A DNA stretch of 64,000 nt from an uncultured Campylobacteraceae bacterium (GCA_964556545.1 CAZKWE010000029.1:2829-66828); one strand, 5' to 3'. Numbered from the stretch's first letter, positions 19,449 to 39,578 are shown. The notes: generated by a model not told the origin, from the letters alone. A program made the numbers and translations.

Positions 19449-20152
19449 AATTTACATTTCTTACTCTCTTTCCGAATCTTGTAAAACCATATTTTGATGA
19501 TTCAATTTTAAAAATTGCTTCCAAAAAGGGAATTTTGCAATTTGATTTTCTCAATCCCAGAGATTTTACTCTTGATAAGCACAAAAAAGTAGATGATACA
19601 CTTATCGCAGGAGGAGCAGGTATGCTCATGACTCCTCAACCGCTTGCTGATGCTATAAAGCATATAAAAACAAATGATAAAAATGCTTATATAATTTTTA
19701 CAGCACCTTCAGCTAAACTTTTCAAACAAAAAGATGCCAAGAGACTTGCAAAAAAAGAACATATTGTATTTGTAAGCGGAAGATATGAGGGAATTGATGA
19801 GAGAGTTATTGAAATGTATGCAAATGAAGTTTTCAGTATTGGAGATTTTATACTCACAGGAGGTGAACTTCCTTCACTTGTAATGAGTGATGCTATAAGC
19901 AGAAATATCCCCGGAGTTCTTGGAAACAGTTCATCTTTACAAGAAGAAAGCTATGAAAACAATCTTTTGGAAGCCCCTTCTTTTACAAAACCAAATATTT
20001 TTGAAAAAAACAGCATCATTAAAGAGTTTTTAAAGGGAAATCACGGTAAAATTGCATCCTTAAAATATGAATTATCGCTTTTAAAGACAAAGTACCACAG
20101 AATTGACTTGTATAAAAAGCTAAAAACCAAAGGAAATGTTCATGAGAAATAG
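19445..20152 (+). CDS. trmD: tRNA (guanine37-N1)-methyltransferase TrmD
   Basis: FLTLFPNL ..., [10 protein letters not shown] and LTGGELP motifs. Confidence 0.95.
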   Translation: MKFTFLTLFPNLVKPYFDDSILKIASKKGILQFDFLNPRDFTLDKHKKVDDTLIAGGAGMLMTPQPLADAIKHIKTNDKNAYIIFTAPSAKLFKQKDAKRLAKKEHIVFVSGRYEGIDERVIEMYANEVFSIGDFILTGGELPSLVMSDAISRNIPGVLGNSSSLQEESYENNLLEAPSFTKPNIFEKNSIIKEFLKGNHGKIASLKYELSLLKTKYHRIDLYKKLKTKGNVHEK

Positions 20153-20501
20153 ATATGTAGAAGCTTACGAGCAAAAACAATTTAAAGAAAAAAATATACC
20201 TGATTTTAGAGCAGGCGATACTCTTAGAGTTGCGGTTGAAATTAAAGAAGGTGATAAAACCAGAATTCAAAATTTTGAAGGTGTTTGTATAGCTAAAAGA
20301 GGTTCAGGGACTGGTGCAACTTTTATAGTCAGAAAAATTGGTGCAAACAATATAGGAGTTGAGAGAATTTTTCCATTATACAGTGACAGCATAGAGAGCA
20401 TAACTGTCCTTCGAAAAGGAAGAGTAAGAAGAGCAAAACTTTTTTATTTAAGAGATAGAAAAGGTAAAGCCGCAAGAATCAAAGAACTTAAAAGAAAATA
20501 A
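20142..20501 (+). CDS. rplS: 50S ribosomal protein L19
   Basis: Track ORF from 20136. The usual L19 N-terminus fits the second ATG ([13 protein letters not shown]). FRAGDTLRV ... [14 protein letters not shown]. Confidence 0.9.
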   Translation: MRNRYVEAYEQKQFKEKNIPDFRAGDTLRVAVEIKEGDKTRIQNFEGVCIAKRGSGTGATFIVRKIGANNIGVERIFPLYSDSIESITVLRKGRVRRAKLFYLRDRKGKAARIKELKRK

Positions 20502-20511
20502 TCCTTTCCAA

Positions 20512-20548
20512 TGCAAAAAAGCAGTAAATATTTTACTGTTTTTTTGCA
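20512..20548 (+). terminator. Rho-independent terminator of the rpsP-rplS operon
   Basis: TGCAAAAAAGCAGTAAA-TAT-TTTACTGTTTTTTTGCA: 17-bp stem with one G-U pair, U-rich 3' arm, followed by TTTT. Confidence 0.85.
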
Positions 20549-20559
20549 TTTTAACAATA

Positions 20560-20568
20560 TGATATAAT
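20560..20568 (+). promoter_or_regulatory. Extended -10 promoter (TGATATAAT) upstream of the sirtuin gene
   Basis: Exact TGnTATAAT about 34 nt upstream of the ATG at 20602. Confidence 0.55.
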
Positions 20569-20601
20569 TATACCTTAGATTATCCTAAGGAGTTATATCC
20601 T

Positions 20602-21321
20602 ATGCTTTATAAAGAAGCTGCCAAAATCATCAAAAATAGCAAAAAACTTGTTGCATTTACAGGAGCGGGAATATCAGTTGAAAGTGGTATTCCGACTTTC
20701 AGAGGTAAAAACGGCCTTTGGAGTAAATATAATCCTATCATTTTAGATATAGACTATTTCAAAGAAAATCCCAAACAAAGTTGGCTAAAGATAAAAGAGA
20801 TTTTTTATGATTATATGATTAATACTAAACCAAATTTTGCTCATAAATATCTTGCTTTTTTGGAAAAAAAAGGGATATTAGAAGCTGTCATAACTCAAAA
20901 TATTGATGGACTTCACCAAGCGGCGGGGAGTAAAAATGTTATAGAATTTCATGGTACTACAAAAAAACTTATCTGTATAAAATGTGGCACAAGTTACAAA
21001 AGCGATACAATCGATCTTAAAATTTTACCGCCTATATGCAAAAATTGCGGTTCGGTTTTGAAACCTGATTTTGTATTTTTTAAAGAACCTATCGAGGGTG
21101 AATCTTATAAAAAAGCATTTGAACTTGTTAAGACAGCGGATACCTTACTCATTATAGGTACAACAGGTGAAATTATGCCCGCAAGCGAATTTCCATATCT
21201 TTGCAAAGGAAAAGTCATAGAAATAAATCCCGAATTTTCCAAATATACCAAAAGCAAAACAGATATTTTTTTACAGGAAAAAGCTGTAATCGCTACAAAA
21301 AAGCTATATGAGTTGTACTAA
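20602..21321 (+). CDS. cobB: NAD-dependent protein deacylase (Sir2/CobB family)
   Basis: GAGISVESGIPTFRG, QNIDGLH, Zn-ribbon cysteines CIKCG ... CKNCG, IIGTTG. Confidence 0.85.
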   Translation: MLYKEAAKIIKNSKKLVAFTGAGISVESGIPTFRGKNGLWSKYNPIILDIDYFKENPKQSWLKIKEIFYDYMINTKPNFAHKYLAFLEKKGILEAVITQNIDGLHQAAGSKNVIEFHGTTKKLICIKCGTSYKSDTIDLKILPPICKNCGSVLKPDFVFFKEPIEGESYKKAFELVKTADTLLIIGTTGEIMPASEFPYLCKGKVIEINPEFSKYTKSKTDIFLQEKAVIATKKLYELY

Positions 21322-21627
21322 CATCATATAAAAAATAGTACCTCCAAATATAGACATTAGATAATTATTGAATTTCAAGTGCAAAAGTATCGTAACAATA
21401 ATTGAAATTATCTCTTTTAGCCCATATGGCTTTACACTAAAATTAACATTTGTTAATGTGTAAAAAACAAGTATACTCATGATAATCGGAGGAAAATTTC
21501 TTTCAACAAAAAGTATAATCTTCGGAGGTTCATGCTTTATAAAAAAAAGAAACGGAAAAACTCTTGTTATATAGTTTGCGATACTCATTATAAGTATAGC
21601 CAAAAGCAAATATTCATAATCACTCAT
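21304..21627 (-). CDS. azlD: Branched-chain amino acid transport protein AzlD
   Basis: Track ORF extends to 21714. I prefer the ATG at 21627 (MSDYEYLLLAILIMSIANYITRVFPF), which overlaps the azlC stop by 8 nt. Small hydrophobic protein. Confidence 0.75.
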   Translation of the reverse strand: MSDYEYLLLAILIMSIANYITRVFPFLFFIKHEPPKIILFVERNFPPIIMSILVFYTLTNVNFSVKPYGLKEIISIIVTILLHLKFNNYLMSIFGGTIFYMMLVQLI

Positions 21628-22303
21628 TTTCAATTCTCTTTTTAAGTATAAACATACCGATAAGTGCAAGACCAATGGAAACCACAAGCATATCATTTTT
21701 TGGAACTGTAACAAAACCTATAATGCTAACAACACCACCTAAAATAAACGGAGTAAACTTTTTTATCTGCTTATACTGTTCTATCGCTAAAACTACAAAA
21801 AGAGCAGTCAATGAAAAATCCAATCCTTTTGTATTAAAGTGTACACTACTGCCAAATATGGAACCTGCTATAGTACCGCCAACCCAATATGATTGATTTA
21901 GCATACCGAGATATAAATAATACCACTTTTTCTTTATATTTTTTTCCGTCTTGACAGTTGTTAAAAGTGCATATGTTTCATCAGTCAATGCAAAAATTAG
22001 ATAAGGTTTTAAAATAGCTTTTTTAAATTTTTGCAAAAGCGACAACCCGTAAAATGATTGTCTTAGATTTACCATAAGAGACGCTATAAAAATATCTACA
22101 AATCCTGTTTTAGCACTCAAGAGAGAAACTGCCAAAAATTGCAAAGCCCCGGCATATATAACAATTGACATCAATATTGCAAAATACCATTTTAATCCGC
22201 TTGAAACTGCCAAGAGTCCAAAAGCAAAACCAAGCACACTATATCCCATCATTACGGGGATAGATACTTTAAATGCAACCTTAAGCTCTCTTTTGTGAAA
22301 CAT
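21620..22303 (-). CDS. azlC: AzlC family branched-chain amino acid permease component
   Basis: 227-aa polytopic protein (GYSVLGFAFGLLA ..., MVNLRQSFYG) directly upstream of azlD. Confidence 0.8.
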   Translation of the reverse strand: MFHKRELKVAFKVSIPVMMGYSVLGFAFGLLAVSSGLKWYFAILMSIVIYAGALQFLAVSLLSAKTGFVDIFIASLMVNLRQSFYGLSLLQKFKKAILKPYLIFALTDETYALLTTVKTEKNIKKKWYYLYLGMLNQSYWVGGTIAGSIFGSSVHFNTKGLDFSLTALFVVLAIEQYKQIKKFTPFILGGVVSIIGFVTVPKNDMLVVSIGLALIGMFILKKRIENE

Positions 22304-22336
22304 ACAAAAGCCTTAAAAGCTATCTTGCAAGATATT

Positions 22337-23080
22337 TTAATGGGAAAGAATTTGGCTGAGAAAAAGCTTCAGCCTGTCAGATTCAGGATTTTCAAAAAAC
22401 TCTTTAGGAGGATTTTCTTCTACTATTTGACCTGACTCCATAAAAACAACTCTATCTGCAACTTTTTTGGCAAATCCCATTTCGTGAGTTACACATATCA
22501 TTGTTCTGCCCTCTTGTGCCAATTCAATCATAACATCCAAAACTTCCGCAACCATTTCCGGATCCAATGCACTTGTAGGTTCGTCAAAGAGCATAATAGT
22601 TGGATTTTTACAAAGACTTCTTGCTATTGCCACCCTTTGTTGCTGTCCACCACTTAATTGATTGGGGTATTTGCTTGCCTGGTCGGCTATTCCTACTCTT
22701 TCAAGATATTTCATAGCTATCTTAATTGCTTCTTTTTTCGGTGTTTTTTTAACCCATATAGGAGCCAAGGTAAGATTGTCAAGTATCGTCAAATGAGGAA
22801 AAAGATTGAAATGTTGAAAAACCATAGCAACATCTTCTCTGATAGCTTTTATCTTTTTTACATCATCACATACTTCTATACCGTCAACAACTATACTTCC
22901 CTCTTGAAATTGCTCAAGATAATTTATACACCTTATAAGAGTTGATTTACCCGAGCCGGATGGACCACACACTACAACTATTTCACCTTTTTTAACTTCC
23001 ATGTTTATATCTTTTAACACATGAAAATCTCCATACCATTTATTTAAATTTTTTATCTCTATTATATTTTTATCTTCCAT
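22337..23080 (-). CDS. aapP: Amino-acid ABC transporter ATP-binding protein
   Basis: Walker [10 protein letters not shown], signature [13 protein letters not shown], Walker [12 protein letters not shown]. Confidence 0.9.
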   Translation of the reverse strand: MEDKNIIEIKNLNKWYGDFHVLKDINMEVKKGEIVVVCGPSGSGKSTLIRCINYLEQFQEGSIVVDGIEVCDDVKKIKAIREDVAMVFQHFNLFPHLTILDNLTLAPIWVKKTPKKEAIKIAMKYLERVGIADQASKYPNQLSGGQQQRVAIARSLCKNPTIMLFDEPTSALDPEMVAEVLDVMIELAQEGRTMICVTHEMGFAKKVADRVVFMESGQIVEENPPKEFFENPESDRLKLFLSQILSH

Positions 23081-23088
23081 TTTTTTTC

Positions 23089-24171
23089 CTATCTTAAGTC
23101 AGTATTGAATCTATCTTCTAAACTCTTGCTATATTTACTCATAGCAAAACAAAATACCCAAAATATTATAGTTACAAATACATATCCCTCTTTTTCAAAA
23201 CCCAACCAGTGAGTATCGGTACTTGTTAACTGAACCATAGCCAAAAGATCAAACAAGCCAATGATAAGAACAAGGGTAGTATCTTGGAATAAGGCTATAA
23301 AAGACCCTACAAGGTTTGGAATTGCAACTTTTAGTGCCTGGGGCAGTATTACAAGTAGCATCTTTTGCCAATAAGAAAGTCCTATGGCATCTGCTGCTTC
23401 ATACTGACCTTTTGATATAGATTGCAAGCCACCTCTTATAATTTCTGCTATATATGCGGCCTGAAAAAACGAGATACCTATAAGTGCTCTTAATAACTTG
23501 TTAAATGTTACACCTTCCGGAAAAAACAGAGGAAGAATAACTGATGACATAAAAAGTATAGTAATCAAAGGAACACCTCTTATAAACTCTATATATGTCA
23601 CACTTACACTTTTAATGATAGGAAGATTTGACTGTCTTCCAAAAGCTAAAACTATACCTATAGGAAATGATGCTATGATACCGACACCTGCAACCAGGAT
23701 AGTAAGCATCAAGCCTCCCCATTTATTTGTATCAACTACTTTTAAACCAAAAGCACCGCCGTGAATCAAATAATATGTTACGATCATATAAATAATAAAG
23801 ATAGCAATCTTTGCTATATTATTTTTTATAAATTTAAAAGAGAGAATTACGACTCCGAAAAGAATATATACCGTATTTGGTCTCCAATGCAGATCAAGTG
23901 GATAAAACCCATACATATACATATCCCATTTTGCTTTTATAAATAGCCAGCAAGCTCCATCTCCCGTACAGTCAGCCCTACTGTTTCCAACAAAATGTGC
24001 ATCCAAAACTGCCCATTTTATAAATGGAGGAATAATAAGATACAAAAGATAAAATCCCAAAAGTGTCATTGCACTGTTTAGAGGACTGGAGAAAAGATTT
24101 TCTCTAAGCCATCTTATGATGCCCCTTGAAGTTATCGGAGCAGGTTTTTCTTGAACTTTTTCATATACCAT
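23089..24171 (-). CDS. aapM: Amino-acid ABC transporter permease (long AapM/BztC type)
   Basis: 360 aa. HisM/GlnP-type EAA loop ([25 protein letters not shown]) with the long N-terminal extension typical of general L-amino-acid permeases. Confidence 0.8.
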   Translation of the reverse strand: MVYEKVQEKPAPITSRGIIRWLRENLFSSPLNSAMTLLGFYLLYLIIPPFIKWAVLDAHFVGNSRADCTGDGACWLFIKAKWDMYMYGFYPLDLHWRPNTVYILFGVVILSFKFIKNNIAKIAIFIIYMIVTYYLIHGGAFGLKVVDTNKWGGLMLTILVAGVGIIASFPIGIVLAFGRQSNLPIIKSVSVTYIEFIRGVPLITILFMSSVILPLFFPEGVTFNKLLRALIGISFFQAAYIAEIIRGGLQSISKGQYEAADAIGLSYWQKMLLVILPQALKVAIPNLVGSFIALFQDTTLVLIIGLFDLLAMVQLTSTDTHWLGFEKEGYVFVTIIFWVFCFAMSKYSKSLEDRFNTDLR

Positions 24172-24172
24172 A

Positions 24173-25327
24173 TTATCGCTCCTTTATCTTCATTTTGTGA
24201 TTTATTACATTAAGTATTGCTGATACGACAAGACTTATAACAAGATAAACTGCCATTGTCATTGATATCATCTCTATGGCTTGTCCTACCTGATTGAGTG
24301 CAGTTCCTGCAAATACGGTAACAACTTCCGGATAGCCTATTGCAGTAGCAAGTGATGAGTTTTTTATAACATTTAAATATTGATTTATAGTCGGTGGAAT
24401 TGCAATTCTGATTGCCTGAGGCAAGATAACAAGTTTAAGTGACTGATAAGGGGTCAATCCTATAGAAGCTGCAGCCTCTTTTTGCCCTTTTTTGACTGCT
24501 TCTATACCGCTTCTTATAGCTTCTGCTATAAAAGTTGCGGTATAAATTGTAAGAGCAAAAGCAAGAGCTAAGAACTCAGGAGAAAAAACTTTTCCGCCTT
24601 TAAAATTAAAACCATGCAGTTTTGGTACATCCCAAACTATATGGTTGGGAGCAAAAAGATAAAATATATATGGCAAAACTATAAGTATAAGTATACCCCA
24701 AGGTAAAAAGAAAAATTCTTCTCCTGTTTCTTCCTGCCTTTTATTTAGCCATCTGTTTATAAAATAAACAACAATAATTGCTACAATTATTCCTATAATT
24801 ATATACCATCCACTTTCTCCAAATATAGGCCTTGGTACTATAAATCCACGGTTATTTAAAAAAATTTTATCTAAAAATTCCATACTTTTTCTTGGTGGTG
24901 GTAAAGTAGCCAAAACAACATTGTACCAAAAAAGTATCTGTAAAAGTATAGGTATATTTCTAAATGTATCTATGTAAGCTGAAGCCAATTTAGCTATAAG
25001 CCAATTCTTTGACAGTCTTGCCACTCCTATAATAAGCCCTAAGACCGTAGAAAGTATAATAGCCCAAAAAGAGACTATCAAAGTATTTAAAACACCTACT
25101 TCAAAAACAGTCCAATATGTTGAAGTTTCGGTATATGGTATTGGCGACTCATTGATAGCAAACCCTGCGGTTGTATCAAGAAAATCAAAACCTGTTCTTA
25201 TGCCTCTTTGTTCTATATTGTGTATTGTATTGACACCAATATACCACAAAAAGGCAACCAATCCTATAACAGTCAATAATTGAAACAGGATTCCTCTTAC
25301 TTTTTGATTTCTCAAAAGTGATAACAT
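24173..25327 (-). CDS. aapQ: Amino-acid ABC transporter permease (long AapQ/BztB type)
   Basis: 384 aa. EAA loop GQKEAAASIGLTPYQSLKLVILPQAIR. Confidence 0.8.
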   Translation of the reverse strand: MLSLLRNQKVRGILFQLLTVIGLVAFLWYIGVNTIHNIEQRGIRTGFDFLDTTAGFAINESPIPYTETSTYWTVFEVGVLNTLIVSFWAIILSTVLGLIIGVARLSKNWLIAKLASAYIDTFRNIPILLQILFWYNVVLATLPPPRKSMEFLDKIFLNNRGFIVPRPIFGESGWYIIIGIIVAIIVVYFINRWLNKRQEETGEEFFFLPWGILILIVLPYIFYLFAPNHIVWDVPKLHGFNFKGGKVFSPEFLALAFALTIYTATFIAEAIRSGIEAVKKGQKEAAASIGLTPYQSLKLVILPQAIRIAIPPTINQYLNVIKNSSLATAIGYPEVVTVFAGTALNQVGQAIEMISMTMAVYLVISLVVSAILNVINHKMKIKER

Positions 25328-25398
25328 TTTTCTCCTTTTAGTATATACAGGAGGATAAATCCTCCTGTAAGTGAATAATTATATTATTTTAGACAAAA

Positions 25399-26421
25399 TT
25401 ATCTAAACGGAGGAGAATATTGAAGTCCGCCTTTTGTCCAAAGAGCATTTAAACCTCTTTTGATTTTAAGTGGAGTTTTAGGTCCGACATTTCTATCAAA
25501 CGATTCGCCATAGTTTCCAACTTGTTTGATAACATTATACAGCCAATCTTTTTTAAGATGAAGGTTTGCAGCCATATTGCCTTCTACACCAAGCATTCTT
25601 CTAACTTCCGGATCTTTTGAGTGTGCCCTCATATCATCAACATTTTTGCTTGTTATACCTTTTTCTTCAGCACTTATCAATCCAAAAAGTGTCCATTTTA
25701 CTATATTAAACCATTCATCATCACCCTGTCTTACAACCGGACCCAATGGCTCTTTTGAAATAATCTCCGGCAAAACTACTGACTTTTCAGGATTTTTCAT
25801 TTTTACTCTTAGAGCATAAAGTTGTGACTGATCAGTTGTGAGGACATCACATCTTCCGGTTTCATAACCATTTAAAACTTGGTCATTTGTATCATAAGAT
25901 ACAAGTTTATATTTCATACCGTGACTTCTGAAATAATCTGCAAGATTAAGCTCCGTAGTAGTTCCTGCCTGCAAACATACAGATGCTCCGTCAAGTTCTA
26001 AAGCACTTTTTACACCAATTGACTTATGAACCATAAAACCCTGTCCGTCATAATAGTTAACTCCGGCAAAATTAAGACCTAAAGATGTATCTCTTGTCTC
26101 TGTCCAAGTTGTATTTCTTGATAGCAAATCAATCTCACCGGACTGAAGTGCGGTAAATCTTTCTTTTGCATTTAAATTAACATATTTTACTTTACTTGCA
26201 TCTCCCAAAACTGCAGCTGCAACTGCTCTACAAATATCAACATCCAAACCTTTCCATTTGCCGCTGCTGTCGGCTTCAGCAAATCCCGGAAGTCCGGTAT
26301 TGATACCGCATTTTAAAAACCCTTGTTTAACTGTATCTGCCAATGTTCCTGCATTTGCACTCATAGCCAGCGTAGAAGCGGCAAGCAAAGCAGAAATAGC
26401 TACTTTTGAAACTATTTTCAT
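25399..26421 (-). CDS. aapJ: Amino-acid ABC transporter periplasmic substrate-binding protein
   Basis: Signal peptide (LLAASTLAMSANA). Family-3 SBP motifs (GINTGLPGFA, IDLLSRNTTWT). Confidence 0.85.
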   Translation of the reverse strand: MKIVSKVAISALLAASTLAMSANAGTLADTVKQGFLKCGINTGLPGFAEADSSGKWKGLDVDICRAVAAAVLGDASKVKYVNLNAKERFTALQSGEIDLLSRNTTWTETRDTSLGLNFAGVNYYDGQGFMVHKSIGVKSALELDGASVCLQAGTTTELNLADYFRSHGMKYKLVSYDTNDQVLNGYETGRCDVLTTDQSQLYALRVKMKNPEKSVVLPEIISKEPLGPVVRQGDDEWFNIVKWTLFGLISAEEKGITSKNVDDMRAHSKDPEVRRMLGVEGNMAANLHLKKDWLYNVIKQVGNYGESFDRNVGPKTPLKIKRGLNALWTKGGLQYSPPFR

Positions 26422-26612
26422 ATTTTCTCCTTTATATATTTCTCATCTATATTATACTAACTTATTATTCAATATAGACTACAATTAATAAAAAATTATA
26501 TATCTTATGTTTTTCGTTGAAAAATTGTTACATAAAGTGACAAGAATTTATAATGATATTAAATATGTTGTAGATATGTTTTTATACTTTTTAAGGGGTA
26601 ATTTTTGAAAGT

Positions 26613-26646
26613 ATGGCCAAGTAAAATTGTTTTTCTACTTGGCCAT
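26613..26646 (-). terminator. Hairpin immediately downstream of fusA (end of the rpoBC-rpsLG-fusA transcription unit)
   Basis: ATGGCCAAGTA-12 nt-TACTTGGCCAT (11-bp stem), 10 nt after the fusA stop. The T-run lies on the plus-strand side, so the U-tract for the minus transcript is weak. Confidence 0.5.
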
Positions 26647-26655
26647 TTTTTATAT

Positions 26656-28734
26656 TTATCCGTTTCTTTTTTTGATTATCTCTTCGGCTACATTTTTCGG
26701 AACTTCTTCATAGTGATCAAATTCCATAGAATATGTTGCTCTGCCCTGTGTTGAACTTCTAAGATCGGTTGAGTAACCAAACATTTCTGAAAGAGGAACA
26801 AATGCATCAACTATCTTGTTTCCGCCTCTTTCGTCCATAGCATTTATCTGGCCTCTTCTTCTGTTAAGATCGCCTATAACATCACCCATAAACTCTTCAG
26901 GTACTTCAACTTCAACTTTCATAATCGGTTCAAGAATGATAGGATTTGCTTTTCTTGCACCCTCTTTGAAACACATAGAAGCTGCCAATTTAAATGCCAT
27001 CTCACTAGAGTCAACATCGTGATAGCTTCCGTCATAAAGAGTTACTTTTACATCTTCAACAGGATATCCGGCCAAAACACCGCCTTGCATAGCCTCTTGA
27101 ACACCTTTGTCAACCGCAGGAATATATTCTCTTGGAACAACACCACCCTTTATGGCATTGACAAATTCATATCCACTGCCTTGCTCCATTGGCTCCAATT
27201 TCAAAAATACATGTCCATACTGACCTCTACCACCGCTTTGTTTGGCATACTTGTATTCTTGCTCAACAGGCGCTTTGATAGTTTCTCTATAAGCAACTTG
27301 CGGTTGTCCGACTTCCGCATCAACTTTAAATTCTCTAAGCATTCTATCTACTAAAATTTCAAGGTGCAATTCACCCATACCGCTTATGATAGTTTGTCCG
27401 CTTTCTTCATCAGTTTGAACCCTGAAACTCGGATCTTCTTGGGCCAATTTTTGTAAAGCTATACCCATTTTCTCCTGATCGGCTTTAGTTTTTGGCTCAA
27501 CCGCAACAGAGATAACAGGGTCCGGGAAATCCATTCTTTCTAAGATAACTTTATCTTTTTCATCCGCAAGAGTATCACCGGTAAGCGTATCTTTTAAACC
27601 AACAACCGCACCTATTTCGCCGGCATAGAGTTCTTTTATCTCTTCCCTTTTGTTTGAATGCATTTTAAGAAGTCTTCCGACTCTCTCTTTTTTGCCTTTT
27701 GTTGTATTATAAACATAACTGCCACTTTCCAAAACACCTCTGTAAACTCTTATAAATGTCAACTGTCCTACGAACGGATCGGTCATAATCTTAAAAGCAA
27801 GTGCGGCAAACGGGCCATCATCTGTTGATTTTACTTCTGTTTTTGTGCCATCTTCATACTCACCGTTTATATGTGCAACTTCCGTAGGAGCAGGCAAATA
27901 TTCAACTACTGCATCAAGAAGAGGCTGAACACCTTTATTTTTAAATGCTGTTCCGCAGGTCATAGGAACAAGATTTAGTGATAAACATCCGGCTTTTATA
28001 CCCTTTTTTATCTCTTCCGTAGTTAATTCTTCACCGCCCAAATATTTTTCCATCAATTCATCATCAGTTTCCGAGATAGACTCTATAAGTTTTTCTCTGT
28101 ATTCTTGAGCTTTTTCTTGTAAATCAGCAGGTATGTCAACTACTTCATATTTAGACCCCATAGCTGCTTCATCTTCCCAAACATAAGCTTTCATCTCAAC
28201 CAAGTCAACCACACCCTTAAAATTATCTTCTGCACCTATTGGAAGTTGAATTGGAACAGGATTGGCTTTTAATCTCTCTTTTATCTGTCTTTCAACTTCG
28301 TAAAAGTTCGCACCTACTCTATCCATTTTATTAACAAATACCATTCTTGGAACTTCATATCTGTTTGCTTGTCTCCAAACCGTTTCACTTTGAGGCTGAA
28401 CTCCTCCAACTGCACAAAATACGGCAACAGCACCATCTAGCACTCTCATGCTTCTTTCAACTTCTATGGTAAAATCAACGTGACCGGGAGTATCAATAAT
28501 ATTTATCTGATGATCTTTCCAAAAGCATGTTGTAGCAGCAGAAGTAATTGTAATTCCTCTTTCTTTTTCCTGCTCCATCCAATCCATTGTAGCAGCACCA
28601 TCATGTACTTCACCAATTTTATGGCTTATACCGGTATAAAATAAAATTCTCTCTGTCGTAGTGGTTTTTCCTGCATCAATGTGAGCAGCAATTCCTATAT
28701 TTCTAACTCTTTGTATGGGTGTTTTTCTTGCCAT
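26656..28734 (-). CDS. fusA: Elongation factor G
   Basis: [33 protein letters not shown]. 692 aa. Confidence 0.97.
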   Translation of the reverse strand: MARKTPIQRVRNIGIAAHIDAGKTTTTERILFYTGISHKIGEVHDGAATMDWMEQEKERGITITSAATTCFWKDHQINIIDTPGHVDFTIEVERSMRVLDGAVAVFCAVGGVQPQSETVWRQANRYEVPRMVFVNKMDRVGANFYEVERQIKERLKANPVPIQLPIGAEDNFKGVVDLVEMKAYVWEDEAAMGSKYEVVDIPADLQEKAQEYREKLIESISETDDELMEKYLGGEELTTEEIKKGIKAGCLSLNLVPMTCGTAFKNKGVQPLLDAVVEYLPAPTEVAHINGEYEDGTKTEVKSTDDGPFAALAFKIMTDPFVGQLTFIRVYRGVLESGSYVYNTTKGKKERVGRLLKMHSNKREEIKELYAGEIGAVVGLKDTLTGDTLADEKDKVILERMDFPDPVISVAVEPKTKADQEKMGIALQKLAQEDPSFRVQTDEESGQTIISGMGELHLEILVDRMLREFKVDAEVGQPQVAYRETIKAPVEQEYKYAKQSGGRGQYGHVFLKLEPMEQGSGYEFVNAIKGGVVPREYIPAVDKGVQEAMQGGVLAGYPVEDVKVTLYDGSYHDVDSSEMAFKLAASMCFKEGARKANPIILEPIMKVEVEVPEEFMGDVIGDLNRRRGQINAMDERGGNKIVDAFVPLSEMFGYSTDLRSSTQGRATYSMEFDHYEEVPKNVAEEIIKKRNG

Positions 28735-28749
28735 TGTGTATTCCTTTTA

Positions 28750-29217
<468 letters not shown>

Positions 29218-29285
29218 TTATATTCCTTCAATTTAAAATTTACTCAAGTATAAGCCAATGAAAGCTTAACCTGTTTAGCTATATG

Positions 29286-29657
29286 TTATTTAGGTCTTTT
29301 CGTACCGTATTTACTTCTAGCAACTTTTCTGTTTGCAACACCCGCAGCATCAAGCGCACCTCTGACAATGTGATACTTAACACCGGGTAAATCTTTCACT
29401 CTTCCGCCTCTTACAAGTACGATTGAGTGCTCTTGAAGGTTGTGACCTTCACCGCCAATATAACTAATAACTTCAAATCCGCTTGTCAATCTAACTTTAG
29501 CAACTTTTCTCAAAGCTGAGTTAGGTTTTTTTGGAGTTGTAGTATAAACTCTTGTACAAACACCTCTTCTTTGAGGACATTTAACAAGTGCGGGTGATTT
29601 TGATTTTTTAATCACCTTTTTTCTCTCTCTTCTTACCAATTGATTGATGGTAGGCAC
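29286..29657 (-). CDS. rpsL: 30S ribosomal protein S12
   Basis: MPTINQLVR ... [12 protein letters not shown] ... [18 protein letters not shown]. Confidence 0.97.
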   Translation of the reverse strand: MPTINQLVRRERKKVIKKSKSPALVKCPQRRGVCTRVYTTTPKKPNSALRKVAKVRLTSGFEVISYIGGEGHNLQEHSIVLVRGGRVKDLPGVKYHIVRGALDAAGVANRKVARSKYGTKRPK

Positions 29658-29784
29658 ATCTATTCCTTTTTCTAAAATTTATTTTTCGGTTTTATCCAAA
29701 AATAGACGGTATTTTATCTTTTTATAGCTTTTATTTTAATTAAATTAAGCTATCATAAAGTATATACCGTCTATCACCCTTGTT

Positions 29785-38461
<8,677 letters not shown>

Positions 38462-38574
38462 TTATTGCTGTCGCAATAAAATAGAAGAAGTTGTTTTGAA
38501 AAACTTTTCAAAACATTTAACACCATTATTACGGTTGTGCTAAAGTTTGATGCAGGAAAACTTCCTGCATCAAA
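38462..38574 (-). promoter_or_regulatory. rplL-rpoB intergenic attenuator region with three hairpins
   Basis: Minus strand: TTTGATGCAGGAA-GTT-TTCCTGCATCAAA (13 bp, 38574..38546); GTTTTGAAAA-GT-TTTTCAAAAC (38514..38493); TTATTGC-GACA-GCAATAA (38479..38462). Confidence 0.6.
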
Positions 38575-38581
38575 TATATAA

Positions 38582-38956
38582 TTACTTGATTTCAGCGGTT
38601 GCGCCAGCTTCTTCAAGTTGTTTTTTAATCTCTTCAGCCTCATCTTTGGAGATTCCCTCTTTAAGAGTTGTCGGAACCTCTTCAACAGCAGCTTTTGCTT
38701 CTTTTAAACCTAAACCGGTTATTGCTCTGACAGCTTTTATTGCATTTATTTTCTTATCGCCAGCAGCAGTCAATATTACATCGAATTCCGTTTTTTCTTC
38801 AGCAGCAGCAGCTTCTCCACCGGCAGCACCACCAGCTACAACGGTAGGTTGAGCTGAAACACCGAATTTTTCTTCAAACTCTTTTACAAGTTCGGAAAGT
38901 TCTAATACACTAAGATTTGAGATATACTCTAATACATCTTCTTTAGTTATTGCCAT
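38582..38956 (-). CDS. rplL: 50S ribosomal protein L7/L12
   Basis: Ala/Gly hinge and C-terminal [19 protein letters not shown]. Confidence 0.97.
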   Translation of the reverse strand: MAITKEDVLEYISNLSVLELSELVKEFEEKFGVSAQPTVVAGGAAGGEAAAAEEKTEFDVILTAAGDKKINAIKAVRAITGLGLKEAKAAVEEVPTTLKEGISKDEAEEIKKQLEEAGATAEIK

Positions 38957-38999
38957 TTTTTCATCCTTTTATTTTATTATTTCAAAATTTTAAACTGCA

Positions 39000-39491
39000 C
39001 TATGCAGCTTCTTCTTCAAGTTTAGCTCTAAGATTGTCAAGACCGGTAACAAAGTTTCTTGCAGGTGCTGTCCAAACAGAAAGCAACATACCAAGCAACT
39101 CATCATGTCCGGGCAATTTGGCCATAGCATTAATCGTTTCAATATCCGCAACTTTACCTTCAAGATATCCGGTTTTTATAATAAACTTGTCTTTATTGTC
39201 ATTAGCAAATTTATCAGCAACTTTACATGCTGAAATTTGGTCATTTGACCATATTGCAATATTGTTTCCGACAATATCAAGCTTATCAAAACCGACTTTT
39301 TCAGCTGCCAATGTTACGAAACTATTTTTTACAACTCTTACTTTTGTTTCATTCTCATCAGCATACTGTCTTAAAGCTTCAAGCTGTTTGTGAGTTATAC
39401 CGCTGAATCCGCAGATAACTACTGCACCGGAAGATTTAAACTCATCAGCGAGATAATCAATTCTTTCGGCTTTTTGGCTTCTTGTTAGCAT
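39000..39491 (-). CDS. rplJ: 50S ribosomal protein L10
   Basis: 163 aa in the conserved position between rplA and rplL. MLTRSQKAERIDYLADEFK start. Confidence 0.93.
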   Translation of the reverse strand: MLTRSQKAERIDYLADEFKSSGAVVICGFSGITHKQLEALRQYADENETKVRVVKNSFVTLAAEKVGFDKLDIVGNNIAIWSNDQISACKVADKFANDNKDKFIIKTGYLEGKVADIETINAMAKLPGHDELLGMLLSVWTAPARNFVTGLDNLRAKLEEEAA

Positions 39492-39578
39492 TTATTCTCC
39501 TTTCAAAACTTCGAACTTCGGCGGGATTTATGGGGATAAGGAGTACCCCCCACCAGCTGTCTTCAGTTTTAAGATTAA
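39492..39578 (-). promoter_or_regulatory. Candidate rplJ (L10) leader with an anti-Shine-Dalgarno segment
   Basis: Locally GC-rich 87-nt spacer. Minus strand reads ...CUGGUGGGGGGUACUCCUUAUCCCCAUAAAUCCCGCCGAAGUUCGAAGUUUUGAAAGGAGAAUAAAUG. CUCCUU lies about 35 nt 5' of the AAGGAG SD. Confidence 0.45.

Noticed and set aside
20602-21321. The Sir2-domain protein as a component of an anti-phage system (Thoeris ThsA or DSR-like).
   Set aside because: It is a 239-aa stand-alone sirtuin with the CobB-type Zn ribbon and its own promoter. It has no SLOG/TIR/helicase partner or extra domain and is flanked by housekeeping genes. It is best read as an ordinary protein deacylase.
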